Assembly (NCBI GenBank): GCA_024278215.1
Contig: JAJRTR010000182.1
Coordinates: 1-64,000 of the forward strand
DNA: 64,000 bases
Direction: 5' to 3'
Source of the DNA: a bacterium
GTDB lineage: Bacteria; UBP15; UBA6099; JAJRTR01
In this document: positions 9,341-19,742 of the stretch, in pieces
How positions within the stretch are numbered: position 1 is the stretch's first letter
Layout: each line of letters begins with the position of its first letter
Position numbers and translations under genes: made by a program
The notes under the pieces: model-generated
Told to the model about the DNA's origin: nothing
The model's input: only the letters and a program-made list of their open reading frames with translations
Database searches by the model: none

Positions 9341-12300
9341 ATGGGTCCGAATCACCGGAAACCTCACGATATATATAGTTCTATCGGAATACCTGTAATA
9401 ATAATTTCTCCCGGCTACGATGTCGTTTCTATAAACCGGATAGCTTCCGAAGCGCTCGGCATGAGCAACGGCGAGGCCGACGGAAAGAAGTGCTATGAGA
9501 TATTCCACAAGTCGAAATCACCACCTGCCGAATGCCCCCTAAAAAAGACGCTCGAGACCCATAAGCCGGAATCGAGCAGGATGGTTGTGGAAACACTGGA
9601 CGGAACATACCTTGTCACGTGTTTTCCTGAATTCGACGAGCCGGGCAATCTTCTCAGGATAGTACACACCCTCATAGATATATCCGACATAAAAAAAGCC
9701 GAGTCGCAGGCCACCCGTGCGATGGAAGAATCGAAGAAGCGGGAACGCGAACTTCAGCTTCTGTTCGACGGTGCAAGAGTTGTTCTGAAACAGGAGACAT
9801 TCAGGACAACCGCAAGAAGCATATTCGACGCGTGCTGCGACACTATCGGAGCCACATCCGGGTACGTTGCCCTCCTGTCGGAAGACGGCAGCGACAACGA
9901 AGTTCTTTTCCTCGAATCGGGCGGTCGTTCCTGTTCTGTGGACACCTCGCTGCCGATGCCGATTCGCGGGTTGCGCGGCGAGGCATACAGGCTTCACAGA
10001 GTTGTGTATGATAACGACTTTAAAAACAGCGGGTGGATGGATTTCATACCGCCGGGACATGTCGACCTGAACAATGTAATGTTCGCCCCGCTGAACCACG
10101 ATGGGAACACTGTGGGGCTGATCGGCGTCGCCAACAAGCCGACGGACTTCACCGAGGATGACGCGCGGCTTGCTTCCGCCTTTGCCGATCTCGCCGCCAT
10201 CTCGCTGATCAACTCGCGGTCGCTGGATCAACTGACACACCAGCGGGATAAGGCTCAGCAGTATCTCGATCTGGCCGGAGTCATGTTTGTCGCGCTGGAC
10301 ACCGAAGGCCGTGTGACGATGGCCAACAGGAAAGCCTGCGATATTCTCGGGTTCGACGAACATAAAATACTGGGCGAAAACTGGTTCGACAACTTTATCC
10401 CCGAACCGGAACGAAACCGTGTTCGTGATGTTTTCCGGAAGTTGTTGCAGGGAGATGTGGAATCCGTCGAATATTTCGAGAATAATGTTCTGACAAAGTC
10501 GGGGGATAAACGGCTGATAGCATGGCATAACGACGTGCTGAGAAATGAAAGAGGCGGTATAAACGGCATATTGGGTTCGGGTACGGATATCACGGACTAC
10601 GTTGCCCTGGAAAACGCGAAAGTCGAGGCGATGCAGAAATACAGGAACCTTTTTGACGCCTCTAATGAAGGGCTTTTGATTCTCGACGGTGATATGCGAA
10701 TCGTCGAGGCAAACGATACCGCGGCGGAAATGTTCGGATTCTCGAAGGATGAGCTTGCCGGGATGCCTCTCCCGGGTATCTCAGCCGAAAAGGCGCAAAC
10801 CAATATAGCTGTCGCTAAGCTGCGGACCGAGGGCGCGGTGCAGGTTGATCGAAGGAGACAGCGGCGAAAAGACGGCTCCACTTTCATCTCACAGATTTAT
10901 GGGAAACAATTCTCTGTCGACAAGCAGACATATTACATGTACCAGATCAGAGATGTCACGGACCATGTGATTGCCGAGGAGAAACTGTCGGGCAGCAGAA
11001 CACTGATCGACCTGACGGGAAGAATGGCCAAAGTCGGCGGTTGGGAGGTCGATGCCGAAACGCTTGAAGTAACGTGGACGCAAGAAGCCTGCCGCATCCA
11101 TGGATTGCCGACAGGCCAGAAAATGCAACTCGATGAAGCGATCGGCCTGTTCCACCCCGATGATCGCGGCAAGTTCAAAACAGCACTCCGGAACGCGCTC
11201 ATAAATGGCGAGCCTTACGACCTGGAACTCCGTTTTCTCACCGCAAACGGTAAAAAAGCATGGACCCACACGATTTGCAAACCGATTCCGGCAGCGGGGA
11301 AGATCGTCAAACTCATAGGCTCTTTCCAGGACATCACCGATCGTAAACAGGCCGAGAAAAAGAACAGAAAACTCACGGAACAACTCCTGCAATCACAAAA
11401 AATGGAAGCCATAGGCCGGCTCGCGGGCGGCATCGCTCATGACTTCAATAATCTGCTGACCGTCATCATGGGCAATGCCAACCTCATGGAGATGAAACTC
11501 GATGAATCCGATCCTAATTATATGGAAGTTTCTTCGATACTGGACGCATCGGAAAGAGCAAAAGCTTTGACCATGAAGCTCCTGACTTTCTCGAGGAAAG
11601 ATAAACTCAACATAAAGCGTGTTCTACTGGACGACATAATCAGCGGTATGGTGGAACTGCTGGAAAGAAGCATGCTCAAAAATATCAACATCGTCAAAAT
11701 ACTTCAGAGTAAAGTTTGGATCCGGGTAGACACGAACCAGATAAATCAGGCGCTTCTGAATATATGCAACAATGCGGCGGACGCAATGCCCGAAGGCGGC
11801 ACGCTGACAATCGAAACACAAACTGTGAGTCTTAACAGTGAGCATTGCAGGACATGCGGAAAAAGGTTTGACGGGCTCTATTGCCTGCTTCAGATAAGCG
11901 ACACCGGGGTCGGTATTCCTCCCGAAATTTTAAATAAAGTCACTGAACCTTTTTTCACAACAAAAGAAATCGGTAAAGGCACGGGGCTGGGACTGTCCAT
12001 AACACACGGCATTGTCGAGAACCACAACGGACATCTGCACATATACAGTGAAGTGGGAAAAGGCACATGCGTGAAGATTTATCTGCCGTTTGTGATGGGA
12101 GAATATAAACCTGCCGCTACGGCTTCTCAGGATGCGGTGCTGACGGGAAGCGAGACTGTTCTGATTGTGGACGACGAGCAAAGCGTACGGTCGGTTGCCG
12201 AAAGGTTGTTCCGCCTGCTGGGATACAATCCGATACTCGCCGAGAGTGGTATCACGGCCGTCGAGTTGTTCCGTGAGCAATCAGAAAAGATAGACATTGT

Positions 12301-12523
12301 AGTTCTCGACCTCGTTATGCCCGGGATGGACGGCATGGCGACTTTCAGGCTGCTTAAAGAGATCGACCCCGAAGTGAAGGTGCTGGTGTCCTCCGGATAC
12401 AGCATCAACGGCCAGGCGGGCGACGTTCTTGAAATGGGCGCACTCGGATTCATACAGAAACCGTTCTTCATCGAGAACCTTGTCGGCGCCATACGCAACA
12501 TTCTGGATGCTGATGTCATGTAA
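9341..12523 (+). CDS. Cytoplasmic hybrid sensor histidine kinase (PAS-GAF-PAS-PAS-PAS-HisKA-HATPase-REC)
   Basis: QSQKMEAIGRLAGGIAHDFNN H-box, NAADAM, DTGVGI, FFTTK, GTGLGL, C-terminal receiver (VDDE, LDLVMP, KPF). Confidence 0.95.
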   Translation: MGPNHRKPHDIYSSIGIPVIIISPGYDVVSINRIASEALGMSNGEADGKKCYEIFHKSKSPPAECPLKKTLETHKPESSRMVVETLDGTYLVTCFPEFDEPGNLLRIVHTLIDISDIKKAESQATRAMEESKKRERELQLLFDGARVVLKQETFRTTARSIFDACCDTIGATSGYVALLSEDGSDNEVLFLESGGRSCSVDTSLPMPIRGLRGEAYRLHRVVYDNDFKNSGWMDFIPPGHVDLNNVMFAPLNHDGNTVGLIGVANKPTDFTEDDARLASAFADLAAISLINSRSLDQLTHQRDKAQQYLDLAGVMFVALDTEGRVTMANRKACDILGFDEHKILGENWFDNFIPEPERNRVRDVFRKLLQGDVESVEYFENNVLTKSGDKRLIAWHNDVLRNERGGINGILGSGTDITDYVALENAKVEAMQKYRNLFDASNEGLLILDGDMRIVEANDTAAEMFGFSKDELAGMPLPGISAEKAQTNIAVAKLRTEGAVQVDRRRQRRKDGSTFISQIYGKQFSVDKQTYYMYQIRDVTDHVIAEEKLSGSRTLIDLTGRMAKVGGWEVDAETLEVTWTQEACRIHGLPTGQKMQLDEAIGLFHPDDRGKFKTALRNALINGEPYDLELRFLTANGKKAWTHTICKPIPAAGKIVKLIGSFQDITDRKQAEKKNRKLTEQLLQSQKMEAIGRLAGGIAHDFNNLLTVIMGNANLMEMKLDESDPNYMEVSSILDASERAKALTMKLLTFSRKDKLNIKRVLLDDIISGMVELLERSMLKNINIVKILQSKVWIRVDTNQINQALLNICNNAADAMPEGGTLTIETQTVSLNSEHCRTCGKRFDGLYCLLQISDTGVGIPPEILNKVTEPFFTTKEIGKGTGLGLSITHGIVENHNGHLHIYSEVGKGTCVKIYLPFVMGEYKPAATASQDAVLTGSETVLIVDDEQSVRSVAERLFRLLGYNPILAESGITAVELFREQSEKIDIVVLDLVMPGMDGMATFRLLKEIDPEVKVLVSSGYSINGQAGDVLEMGALGFIQKPFFIENLVGAIRNILDADVM

Positions 12524-12599
12524 AGGCGTGTTGCCACGCCCTGCGTTTGCCGGCACCTGTTATCGTGTCGACTTTGCATTGTCGTATTGAGTCCGGCCG

Positions 12600-13409
12600 C
12601 TATTGATCTACCGTAAAGCCGGTCTCACCGGCCGACAGCGAATCCCCCCCATAATCAAGAACCGTGAGCGCGACGTATGCGCCCGGCTCGAGTTCCTTTT
12701 CAATCGGCACCTTCAGGTCCCATTCCTGCCCCGGTAGTGACGCAAACTCCTTTACCTCCTCATGTCCGACCACATCTCCATCAATCGTTCTTATTTCAAT
12801 ATAACCTTTTGTTTTCGTGAAATAATCGCCTGTGTTGACATAATTGATATGCGATACATACTTTTCGGTCGCCATGTCTCCTGAACGAGCCACGCTGAAA
12901 CTTTTAATTTCAGACTTCCTGGACGAGGCGTCGCCCACATTGACGACAAAACGCACTCCGATCCGCAACCGCGTGTCTATCATTACCTGCACCTTATTCT
13001 TTATAACCGATGGTTTCGCGGGCCTTTTGGTCCCCTCGATCATGATGTATGTCCAATACGTACCGCGGGCATCGTCCGGGACTCGAAATGAGTATTTGAG
13101 CGGTGCGTTTCCGTCCGGCTTCACGGTAAACAAAGTACTATTAAAAGAAATCCACCCGGCGCATGACCTTTCCGCGCCGTCTCCAAGGTCAACGTAGTTT
13201 CCGTCTCGCTGGCGCAGAAGATTCCGCGTGAAGACCTTGAGTCTTTCTTCCTTCGCGGCGGTGTTGAAGATACCTATTTCGCCGACATACGTATTCCCGG
13301 CTTTTGCGTTTATCTCAACCGTCATCGGCGACACGTCAAACGCGCGCGCGCACATCCCGGTCAAGAAAATTATTCCGATAGCGAGCCCTGTTATCCATGA
13401 TGTTTTCAT
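12600..13409 (-). CDS. Secreted pilus-chaperone-like two-Ig-domain protein (PapD/DUF916-like)
   Basis: Signal peptide, FDVSP start, SCAGWI, VP....GTYW, N.G and PG.Y.A patterns. Confidence 0.65.
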   Translation of the reverse strand: MKTSWITGLAIGIIFLTGMCARAFDVSPMTVEINAKAGNTYVGEIGIFNTAAKEERLKVFTRNLLRQRDGNYVDLGDGAERSCAGWISFNSTLFTVKPDGNAPLKYSFRVPDDARGTYWTYIMIEGTKRPAKPSVIKNKVQVMIDTRLRIGVRFVVNVGDASSRKSEIKSFSVARSGDMATEKYVSHINYVNTGDYFTKTKGYIEIRTIDGDVVGHEEVKEFASLPGQEWDLKVPIEKELEPGAYVALTVLDYGGDSLSAGETGFTVDQ

Positions 13410-13413
13410 AGCT

Positions 13414-13458
13414 GCTTTCTCCCGATTTTCGGCCCGCATTGGTGAAATATGCGGGTTA
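13414..13458. repeat. Solo end of MITE family B directly upstream of the chaperone-like gene
   Basis: TCTCCCGATTTTCGGCCCGCATTGGTGAAATATGCGGGTTA matches the B terminus. Confidence 0.85.
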
Positions 13459-13470
13459 TTCCCCACATTG

Positions 13471-13920
13471 TCATGCGGGCGCTTTGTCTGTGTTGCACAG
13501 GAAAGTCTGCCCGGATATTTTTTCATAGGGGAACAACAACAACTCTCCTTTTTCATCTGCCCTGCATGAGTTGCTGTCACTGTGCGCAGTGTTACTGTTT
13601 ATCGCAACGATATTTTTCGACCCCTGCCCGTCGACGATTCTATTGATTACATGAGAAGCCCATTTCAGCTCGAACACGCCTCCGGCGGATTCAACAATCT
13701 TACTGAGTCCCCGGATCAGTTCGATGCCGGCGCCTGATACGTATCGTACCCGCTTGAGGTTCATCGTAACTCTCATTGTTGTTGCTTTGCCACTTATCTT
13801 ATGCAGGTTCAGCCACCCGGCAAGAGCTTTATCGAGCTCCGGGTACGAGGCGGCTGTCAGTTCGCCGAAAGGCATAATCAGCATCTCGTCGGCGTCGCTT
13901 GTAATCGAGTATCTTATCAT
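13471..13920 (-). CDS. STAS-domain protein (anti-sigma-factor antagonist-like)
   Basis: GELTAAS...MNLKRVRYVSGAGI pattern; AGGAG RBS. Confidence 0.7.
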   Translation of the reverse strand: MIRYSITSDADEMLIMPFGELTAASYPELDKALAGWLNLHKISGKATTMRVTMNLKRVRYVSGAGIELIRGLSKIVESAGGVFELKWASHVINRIVDGQGSKNIVAINSNTAHSDSNSCRADEKGELLLFPYEKISGQTFLCNTDKAPA

Positions 13921-14019
13921 TTACGGTCTCCTCACCTTTCCGCTGTCTTCTTTAAGCGACTGAAAGCAACAGGTTGCTTTTCAGAGAAACGGGCGTATGC
14001 CCTCAATTGATTTTGTTTC

Positions 14020-14053
14020 GGAGGAGAAGGAACCGCAAGCGCCTTCTCCCCCT
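14020..14053 (-). terminator. Stem-loop immediately 3' of the pilin-like gene (attenuator or mRNA stabiliser)
   Basis: GGAGAAGG...CCTTCTCC inverted repeat; no strong U-tract. Confidence 0.45.
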
Positions 14054-14060
14054 TATGAGA

Positions 14061-14570
14061 TCAGTCGATAAGTATCGTGTACGTAAGAGTAGTCGAATAG
14101 ATGCCCGGTGTGTCCTCTGTCGCGTAGAGCAGAAGTTTGTAATTCAAGATATGCTGCTCGTCCGCCGCCGCGCCCTGTTCGTCGAGAATCGTTACCGGAC
14201 TGATTGAATCCTTCACCATGTAAGGATATGTTCCAGCGTTGTCCACATCGACACGAAGTGTCTGTATCGGTTTGCTGCCCGAGCCGCCTGCGAATGTCCA
14301 TCCGTTAGCTTCCACCGTCAGGTCGTATGGTTCATTCGATGTGCAGCTCAGTATCCCGCCGGGGATGCCTTCTTTGTAGCCCTGTATTACCTCGGCGACT
14401 GTGATCGAGTTTACGCCGGTCATATCGACAACCGAGCCGTCGACATACCAGTTGAGGTCGATCAGTTGCGGTATTTCAAAACTCATGTTGACGTCCAGTG
14501 TTGTGCCGGCGATTGCCGTAATTCCGCTCAGCGACATGATAATCGCAAGTGTTAAGATGACTTTTTTCAT
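14061..14570 (-). CDS. Secreted fimbrial-subunit-like protein (Csu/SCPU- or WxL-like fold)
   Basis: Signal peptide, 169 aa, beta-rich, ends PGIYSTTLTYTILID; AAGGAG RBS. Confidence 0.6.
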   Translation of the reverse strand: MKKVILTLAIIMSLSGITAIAGTTLDVNMSFEIPQLIDLNWYVDGSVVDMTGVNSITVAEVIQGYKEGIPGGILSCTSNEPYDLTVEANGWTFAGGSGSKPIQTLRVDVDNAGTYPYMVKDSISPVTILDEQGAAADEQHILNYKLLLYATEDTPGIYSTTLTYTILID

Positions 14571-14653
14571 GTTTTTTCTCCTTCGTTTTGTATTGTTTTT
14601 ATTTTTTATGATTAACCCGTGGGACATATCCCCCGGGACTTGTTTTCTCTTCT

Positions 14654-14832
14654 GAGCCAATTGCAAAATTATGTTCGTAGCGAGGTCGAGCGAAATTGTT
14701 CAGAGCAAGGAGGAGGTGTAAAATCCCCGCGTGCGTACTTGCAGAGTACGTCGAGGACGATTTTGCGCCGACAACGCAGCTATGGACAATAAGCAGCCGA
14801 CCGCAGCAGAATCAGAATTTTGCAATTGGCTC
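14654..14832. mobile_element. MITE family A (179 bp)
   Basis: 17-bp TIR GAGCCAATTGCAAAATT; 4-bp direct repeat TTCT on both flanks. Confidence 0.92.
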
Positions 14833-15243
14833 TTCTTTGTTATCGTTTTCATTTTTCGCCGCCTCTTCTGGTTACGCTTATAGATCAATATTCATGCCAT
14901 AACCGGCGGCGCATTGTCCGATTACACAAATACCCGGTGTTTACTACACATTTTATTGTTTTGAGAGAAACAACGATTATCGGAACCCGGCTCGCTTTGT
15001 ATACTTCGTTTAACAGTGGAATCTCGTGTTTACAAAATATGGGCGTTTTACTGATTGCCGTTAAGCAACTACCGTAACGCCCGACTCGTCATGTTAGGGA
15101 AAAACGGTAATTATAAAAAGGTTTTATCTATATATATAGCGCAGGTTTTATAAGAATGAATTATTTATGTTTTGGAATATATGATTGGCAAGAATATTGA
15201 TTTCGTATTGTGTATAAATGAAAAGTAACGGGAGGTTATAAGA

Positions 15244-15654
15244 ATGACTGAATTCCAGATCACCACGTTGTCCGCGAAGGAGAAAGCGCTTTTTTTCTAT
15301 TCACAAAATCACAGCAGAAAAAGACGCTCGAGCAGGAAAGGTATCGGAAGGTTGAAAACGAAAAACAAAATCATGAAAGTTGCGCTGCTGCTTATCCTTG
15401 CGCAGATCATCTTCTTCCTGAGTGTTGTAGATGTGCAGTCGACGCAGGCGTTCGAGATGATCGGCAACTTTTTATCACCGGCGGCACACTCCGGCACACA
15501 GACCATGCAGGAATACATAGCGGAGGTCAGTGTTCTCGCGGACAAGGTGGCTATCGTAGCTATGCCGGTCGTTATAGTGCTCGGCACTTACATGGCATAT
15601 ATATTTGCCGGTTTCAACAGCGCCATATCGAGTATGCTCAGAAAAGCATCCTGA
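15244..15654 (+). CDS. Hypothetical membrane protein
   Basis: GGGAGG RBS, two hydrophobic segments, followed by a terminator. Confidence 0.65.
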   Translation: MTEFQITTLSAKEKALFFYSQNHSRKRRSSRKGIGRLKTKNKIMKVALLLILAQIIFFLSVVDVQSTQAFEMIGNFLSPAAHSGTQTMQEYIAEVSVLADKVAIVAMPVVIVLGTYMAYIFAGFNSAISSMLRKAS

Positions 15655-15690
15655 AACCGGATCGAAAAGATTGTTTGTGGAATAATTGCG

Positions 15691-15724
15691 AAAAGAGCCG
15701 ATCCGCCGGGTCGGCTTTTTTGTT
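15691..15724. terminator. Probable bidirectional intrinsic terminator
   Basis: AAAAGAGCCGATCC-GCC-GGGTCGGCTTTTTT between convergent genes. Confidence 0.8.
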
Positions 15725-15871
15725 GCGGGGCTCCTGCAAAACGCGGTGGAACGTGTCTACTTTGTGTTAACGTATTGAGTTGCGGGCGGAGTCACCGTCC
15801 CGTGTCTACCCATATTCACCTGTATGCCATGCGGTTAAAGTGTTATTATCATCGTTTATATACGCGCCGCC

Positions 15872-18010
15872 TCAGCCTGTTTCCGACCTGAAAATTTTTA
15901 TTGATTGTTCGGGCAGATTGATCTTCTCGCCGTCGAAGATATATTTTTCGGCAGTGTCGACATCGACAAGGGTCTCCCTTCGGCCCATCTCGACGCGCAC
16001 ATTGCGCGGTTCGTCCGTCGGGTTGGCGACGAAGACGAGGCGGTCCGCGCCCCTGTCGTGAGCGACAGTTTCCACAAGCGGGTCCGACGGTTTATACAGC
16101 GGCCGGACCCCGGCGGCGGCGGCGATCTTCATCATCAGGCCCGCCACTGTGGGCGATTGCTCGATACCTGTGTAATCCTGAAAAATGAAACCAAGATGTA
16201 TGATCGAACCCCTCTCGGTCGGTGAAATATACGCGCAGACTTTTCCTGACTCCTCGATGAACACGCGGTCTGTCTTGAAGATGTCGGCGTTCTCGACGAC
16301 CAGCGGCCCGATGTTCATCCTGTCGATGCGCTCGACGGGTTTCTGCGAGTGGGAACTGAAACGCGAGTCGCGTCTCATGAACTCGTCGCAGACCGGCATC
16401 CGCGGCCCCATCACAAGCGTGCCGCCCTTGAACGCATAAACAAGCAGCCTGCGCTGGAGCGCGATATTCATAAACTCGAAGGACGGCGCGATTACTATTT
16501 TATATTTTTGGAGCGTCTCCTGCTCGACCGCCGAATCCGCAAGCGTCACCGGGAACCCGGCCTGTGTGAACCCCATGCGAAACGCGCGCCACTGTCTTTT
16601 GTATACAGCGCCTATCGGATCGCTGAATCCGCCGAATATCCGCCGCGCCACAAACCAGTCGTGAGGCATCGCCGCGCCGGGCTCCTGCGGCGGCAGCGGC
16701 GACAGGTACGAACCGAGGCGTTCGAGACGCTCGTAGTCTCTCATCGACAACAGCAGTACGTCCGAGCGCATATCGTATTCGTTGAAATCCATTTTCTCGA
16801 TAAAACGATTCAGCCTGCAATAGAAATTAAAGTACTCACCACGTTTGCGCCCGTCGCGGGTGACCGGCGCACCGCACCACCGCTCGCGCTCGACTATCAT
16901 GTGGAAGTTGGCCGCCTTCACACCGTTCATGAGCGCCGCGCGCGCTGCAAGTTCCCTGTCGCGCTGCGACATTGGTTTATCCCATGGTCGCCCGCCCGCG
17001 CGAAACTCCGGTACAAACGGCAACCGGCTGGTGCCCGCGAGGAAACGCGCGCCCGTCTTTACCGAACCGTAGTCGGCGCCGCCCCGCCACAGGTCGATAC
17101 CCGCAACATCCACACACGTTTCTATCTTCGGAATATGGTAGGGGGTGGTCGGGTATGCAGTGGGGAAATTGTGGAAATAAAACACACCCGTTATATCTCT
17201 TTCGCGCAACATCCTCGCGATGCGGTGTATCCCGTGGTAGATGTAGAACTCGCGATATTCCATCCAGTCGAGATAATAGGGCAGATCATAAGCTGAGTCG
17301 GCCTCGAACCTGCGCGGAGGGCTGACATCTGCAAAGTCGAAATGGTCTGTGTCGTAAGCGGCGTTCAGGTCGTCGATGCCGGTGTATTTCCCCTGCAGGT
17401 AGCGCCTGTAGAGAGCGATGGAGGCTTCGGAGTAGTCGAGATCGAACGGAGATGTGCGCGAGAAGAACGACATACCACTGTCCGGCTGAACGCCGACAAC
17501 GGGGCCGCCGGGATGCAGCCGCGGGGAGAGAATCGGACACAGCGCGTCGAAAAAAACAGACACCTCTTCGTAGAAACTGTCTGCGGCATAGCTGATCGCC
17601 GGAAAAAAGCGCGGCGGCGCGGGCACAATCGCCGGCGTGTCTTCCGCGGTGCGCGCGATCATGCTGTCCTGTCCGAAAAGGCGGTCCGGGTAGCCGGCTC
17701 CCGTGATCTCGGCATTTATGCGCGGGCACGGCCTGGCGAGAACATACAGTCCTTTGTCCGCGCACAGGTCGATGAATGCGCCGACATCTTTCGCCGGGTC
17801 ACGCTCGCCGAAATCGAATTCCCCTTTCCTTATCTCATGCACACTCCAGGGAATATCCGCACAGATAAAACGGAACCCCATTTCCCTGACAAGATCGAGA
17901 ATACCGGGCCAGCGCTCGCGCTCGAGCCGCCAGTAGTGCACGCTGCCGGAGAAGAGCGCGTATGTGCAACTGTCGATCTCGACGCCGTGCCCGTTGATTC
18001 TCACAGGCAT
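15872..18010 (-). CDS. GH35/GH42-type beta-galactosidase-like protein with trimerisation domain
   Basis: SGSVHYWR, PWSVHE...GEFDF, INAE, PFVPEF; ATG at 18010 after GGAG. Confidence 0.82.
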   Translation of the reverse strand: MPVRINGHGVEIDSCTYALFSGSVHYWRLERERWPGILDLVREMGFRFICADIPWSVHEIRKGEFDFGERDPAKDVGAFIDLCADKGLYVLARPCPRINAEITGAGYPDRLFGQDSMIARTAEDTPAIVPAPPRFFPAISYAADSFYEEVSVFFDALCPILSPRLHPGGPVVGVQPDSGMSFFSRTSPFDLDYSEASIALYRRYLQGKYTGIDDLNAAYDTDHFDFADVSPPRRFEADSAYDLPYYLDWMEYREFYIYHGIHRIARMLRERDITGVFYFHNFPTAYPTTPYHIPKIETCVDVAGIDLWRGGADYGSVKTGARFLAGTSRLPFVPEFRAGGRPWDKPMSQRDRELAARAALMNGVKAANFHMIVERERWCGAPVTRDGRKRGEYFNFYCRLNRFIEKMDFNEYDMRSDVLLLSMRDYERLERLGSYLSPLPPQEPGAAMPHDWFVARRIFGGFSDPIGAVYKRQWRAFRMGFTQAGFPVTLADSAVEQETLQKYKIVIAPSFEFMNIALQRRLLVYAFKGGTLVMGPRMPVCDEFMRRDSRFSSHSQKPVERIDRMNIGPLVVENADIFKTDRVFIEESGKVCAYISPTERGSIIHLGFIFQDYTGIEQSPTVAGLMMKIAAAAGVRPLYKPSDPLVETVAHDRGADRLVFVANPTDEPRNVRVEMGRRETLVDVDTAEKYIFDGEKINLPEQSIKIFRSETG

Positions 18011-18265
18011 GCGACTTCTCCATTTCGCCTTACCGACATAATTCGAGTCCTCTTCGTATATGCTGCAAACACAACATGATTCTGGTAAACTCACCCAACA
18101 GGTTGCATAAATATAACACACCCGGCGCACATACGGAAGTGTGGGCGCACTCCTCACCGCAAGTTGACACAACACTGGAGGGATGCTTTTTGATACCGGA
18201 TCATAGAAGAGCCGTTTCTTATATACTGAAAGTACCGGACATTGTACGAATATAGCTCTCCGGAA

Positions 18266-18292
18266 CGTCATTCCCACGAAAGCGGGAATCCA
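18266..18292. repeat. CGTC-type / dRS3-like REP palindrome
   Basis: CGTCATTCCC-ACGAAAGC-GGGAATCCA fits ATTCCC(N8)GGGAAT. Confidence 0.7.
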
Positions 18293-18351
18293 TTTTCCAG
18301 TACTGTGAACAGCTACATGGCAACAATATTTCCGGCAGTTCCCGCTTCTCT

Positions 18352-18378
18352 GTTTGGTTCCGGCTCTGCCGGATCAGG
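18352..18378. repeat. IS-end-like repeat shared with about 145-173 and 43543-43568
   Basis: GTTTGGTTCCGGCTCTGCCGGATCAGG vs GTTTGGTTCCGGCTTTGTCAGATTAGG. Confidence 0.55.
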
Positions 18379-18561
18379 TAATAAAGCGGGTTTATCTTTT
18401 AAGTAAGCTGTATTGCGCCCAGTCATATTTATTGCGATAATTTCTTTGCGGGCACAAGTCCCGGCGGTATACGCTGGATCGCACCCTGCATAAAACGCCG
18501 GCTTGTTTCATGCAGAGTTATAGCTCGACCAAAAGAGCGAATATGAAAATGAGGACTGTAA

Positions 18562-19590
18562 ATGGATAACGACAAAAACCGTTCGAGAAGAGAATTTATC
18601 AAGGATACCGCGAAAAAAGTCGCCGTTATCGGTGCCCTGCCGCTAATAGGGACACAGGTATTCAGCAGTGAGCGAGCACATGCGGCGGCGGCGTCATCGG
18701 CGGCGTCATCGGCGGCGGAAAAAGCTAAAGTCGCTCTTGTAATATCAAAGAAACCGGTGCCGGTCGGCAGAGACGCGAAAGCCGTCTTGAGCGATATGCT
18801 GGATGCGGGGATAGAATATATCGCAGGCGGCGACACGGTCCGGTTCTGGAATAAGCTTTTCAGCCCCGATGACCGGGTGGCGATAAAGATCAATAATCTC
18901 GCATATAAAAGAAACCGCGGCCCGATGCTCACGGAAGCCGTCTGCGACAGGGTTTCCGCGGCAGGTGTCGTCCCCGGGAATATCGTGATCTACGAACACA
19001 GCGACGGCAGCCTCAAGCACGCAGGTTACAAGTTGAATTTCGACGGACCGGGTGTTCGCTGCTACGGGACAGATCGTGTGGGCTACATGGCCGAATCCAT
19101 AAAGTCCGGCGCGTGTGATGCCCACTACACAAAGATTCTCGATCAGTGCACAGCACTCATCAACATGCCCATCCTGAAAGCACACACCATGGCGGGTGTC
19201 ACTATCAGCCTGAAAAATCATTACGGTTCTTTTGATAATCCGAGACAGTACCACGGCAACGATTGCGACCCGTTTATCGCCGACATCAACACGGCGGATA
19301 TCATCAGGAAAAAACACCGGCTTGTCGTCTGCGACGCGGTGAAGGTTCTTTTCGCAGGCGGCCCGGACTGGCTCCAGCCGTATACCAGCGACTTCAACGG
19401 GATTCTCGTAAGCACAGACCCTGTGGCCCTCGATGCTGTCGGCGCCAGGATACTAAAGAAATTGCGCAGGAAATCCGGGATAAAACAATTGCCCTACAAT
19501 CCGAAGCCGAAACAGATTGCGACCGCCGCTAAAAACGGTATCGGCATTTCGGACATAAAAAAAATCGACTTCAAACAGATTACTGTATGA
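18562..19590 (+). CDS. Tat-exported DUF362-family protein
   Basis: SRREFIK twin-arginine motif; INMPILKAH..AGVTISLKN and STDPVALD motifs. Confidence 0.88.
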   Translation: MDNDKNRSRREFIKDTAKKVAVIGALPLIGTQVFSSERAHAAAASSAASSAAEKAKVALVISKKPVPVGRDAKAVLSDMLDAGIEYIAGGDTVRFWNKLFSPDDRVAIKINNLAYKRNRGPMLTEAVCDRVSAAGVVPGNIVIYEHSDGSLKHAGYKLNFDGPGVRCYGTDRVGYMAESIKSGACDAHYTKILDQCTALINMPILKAHTMAGVTISLKNHYGSFDNPRQYHGNDCDPFIADINTADIIRKKHRLVVCDAVKVLFAGGPDWLQPYTSDFNGILVSTDPVALDAVGARILKKLRRKSGIKQLPYNPKPKQIATAAKNGIGISDIKKIDFKQITV

Positions 19591-19742
19591 TGCGGTCAGG
19601 GAATGATTGCCGGCTCTTTGCTCTTTGCGCCGCAATTGCTGATTATCATGCCGGCGGAGCCGGGCCGGCAGACTGCTGTTCTGCAATAAATAACGAGTAA
19701 CTGGAATTTTTTTGACGTATGTATCGCTGTAGTAACAATGAG

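Noticed and set aside
18682..18717. GCGGCGTCATCG tandem repeat
   Set aside because: In-frame 12-bp duplication encoding an Ala/Ser linker after the Tat signal; no switching potential
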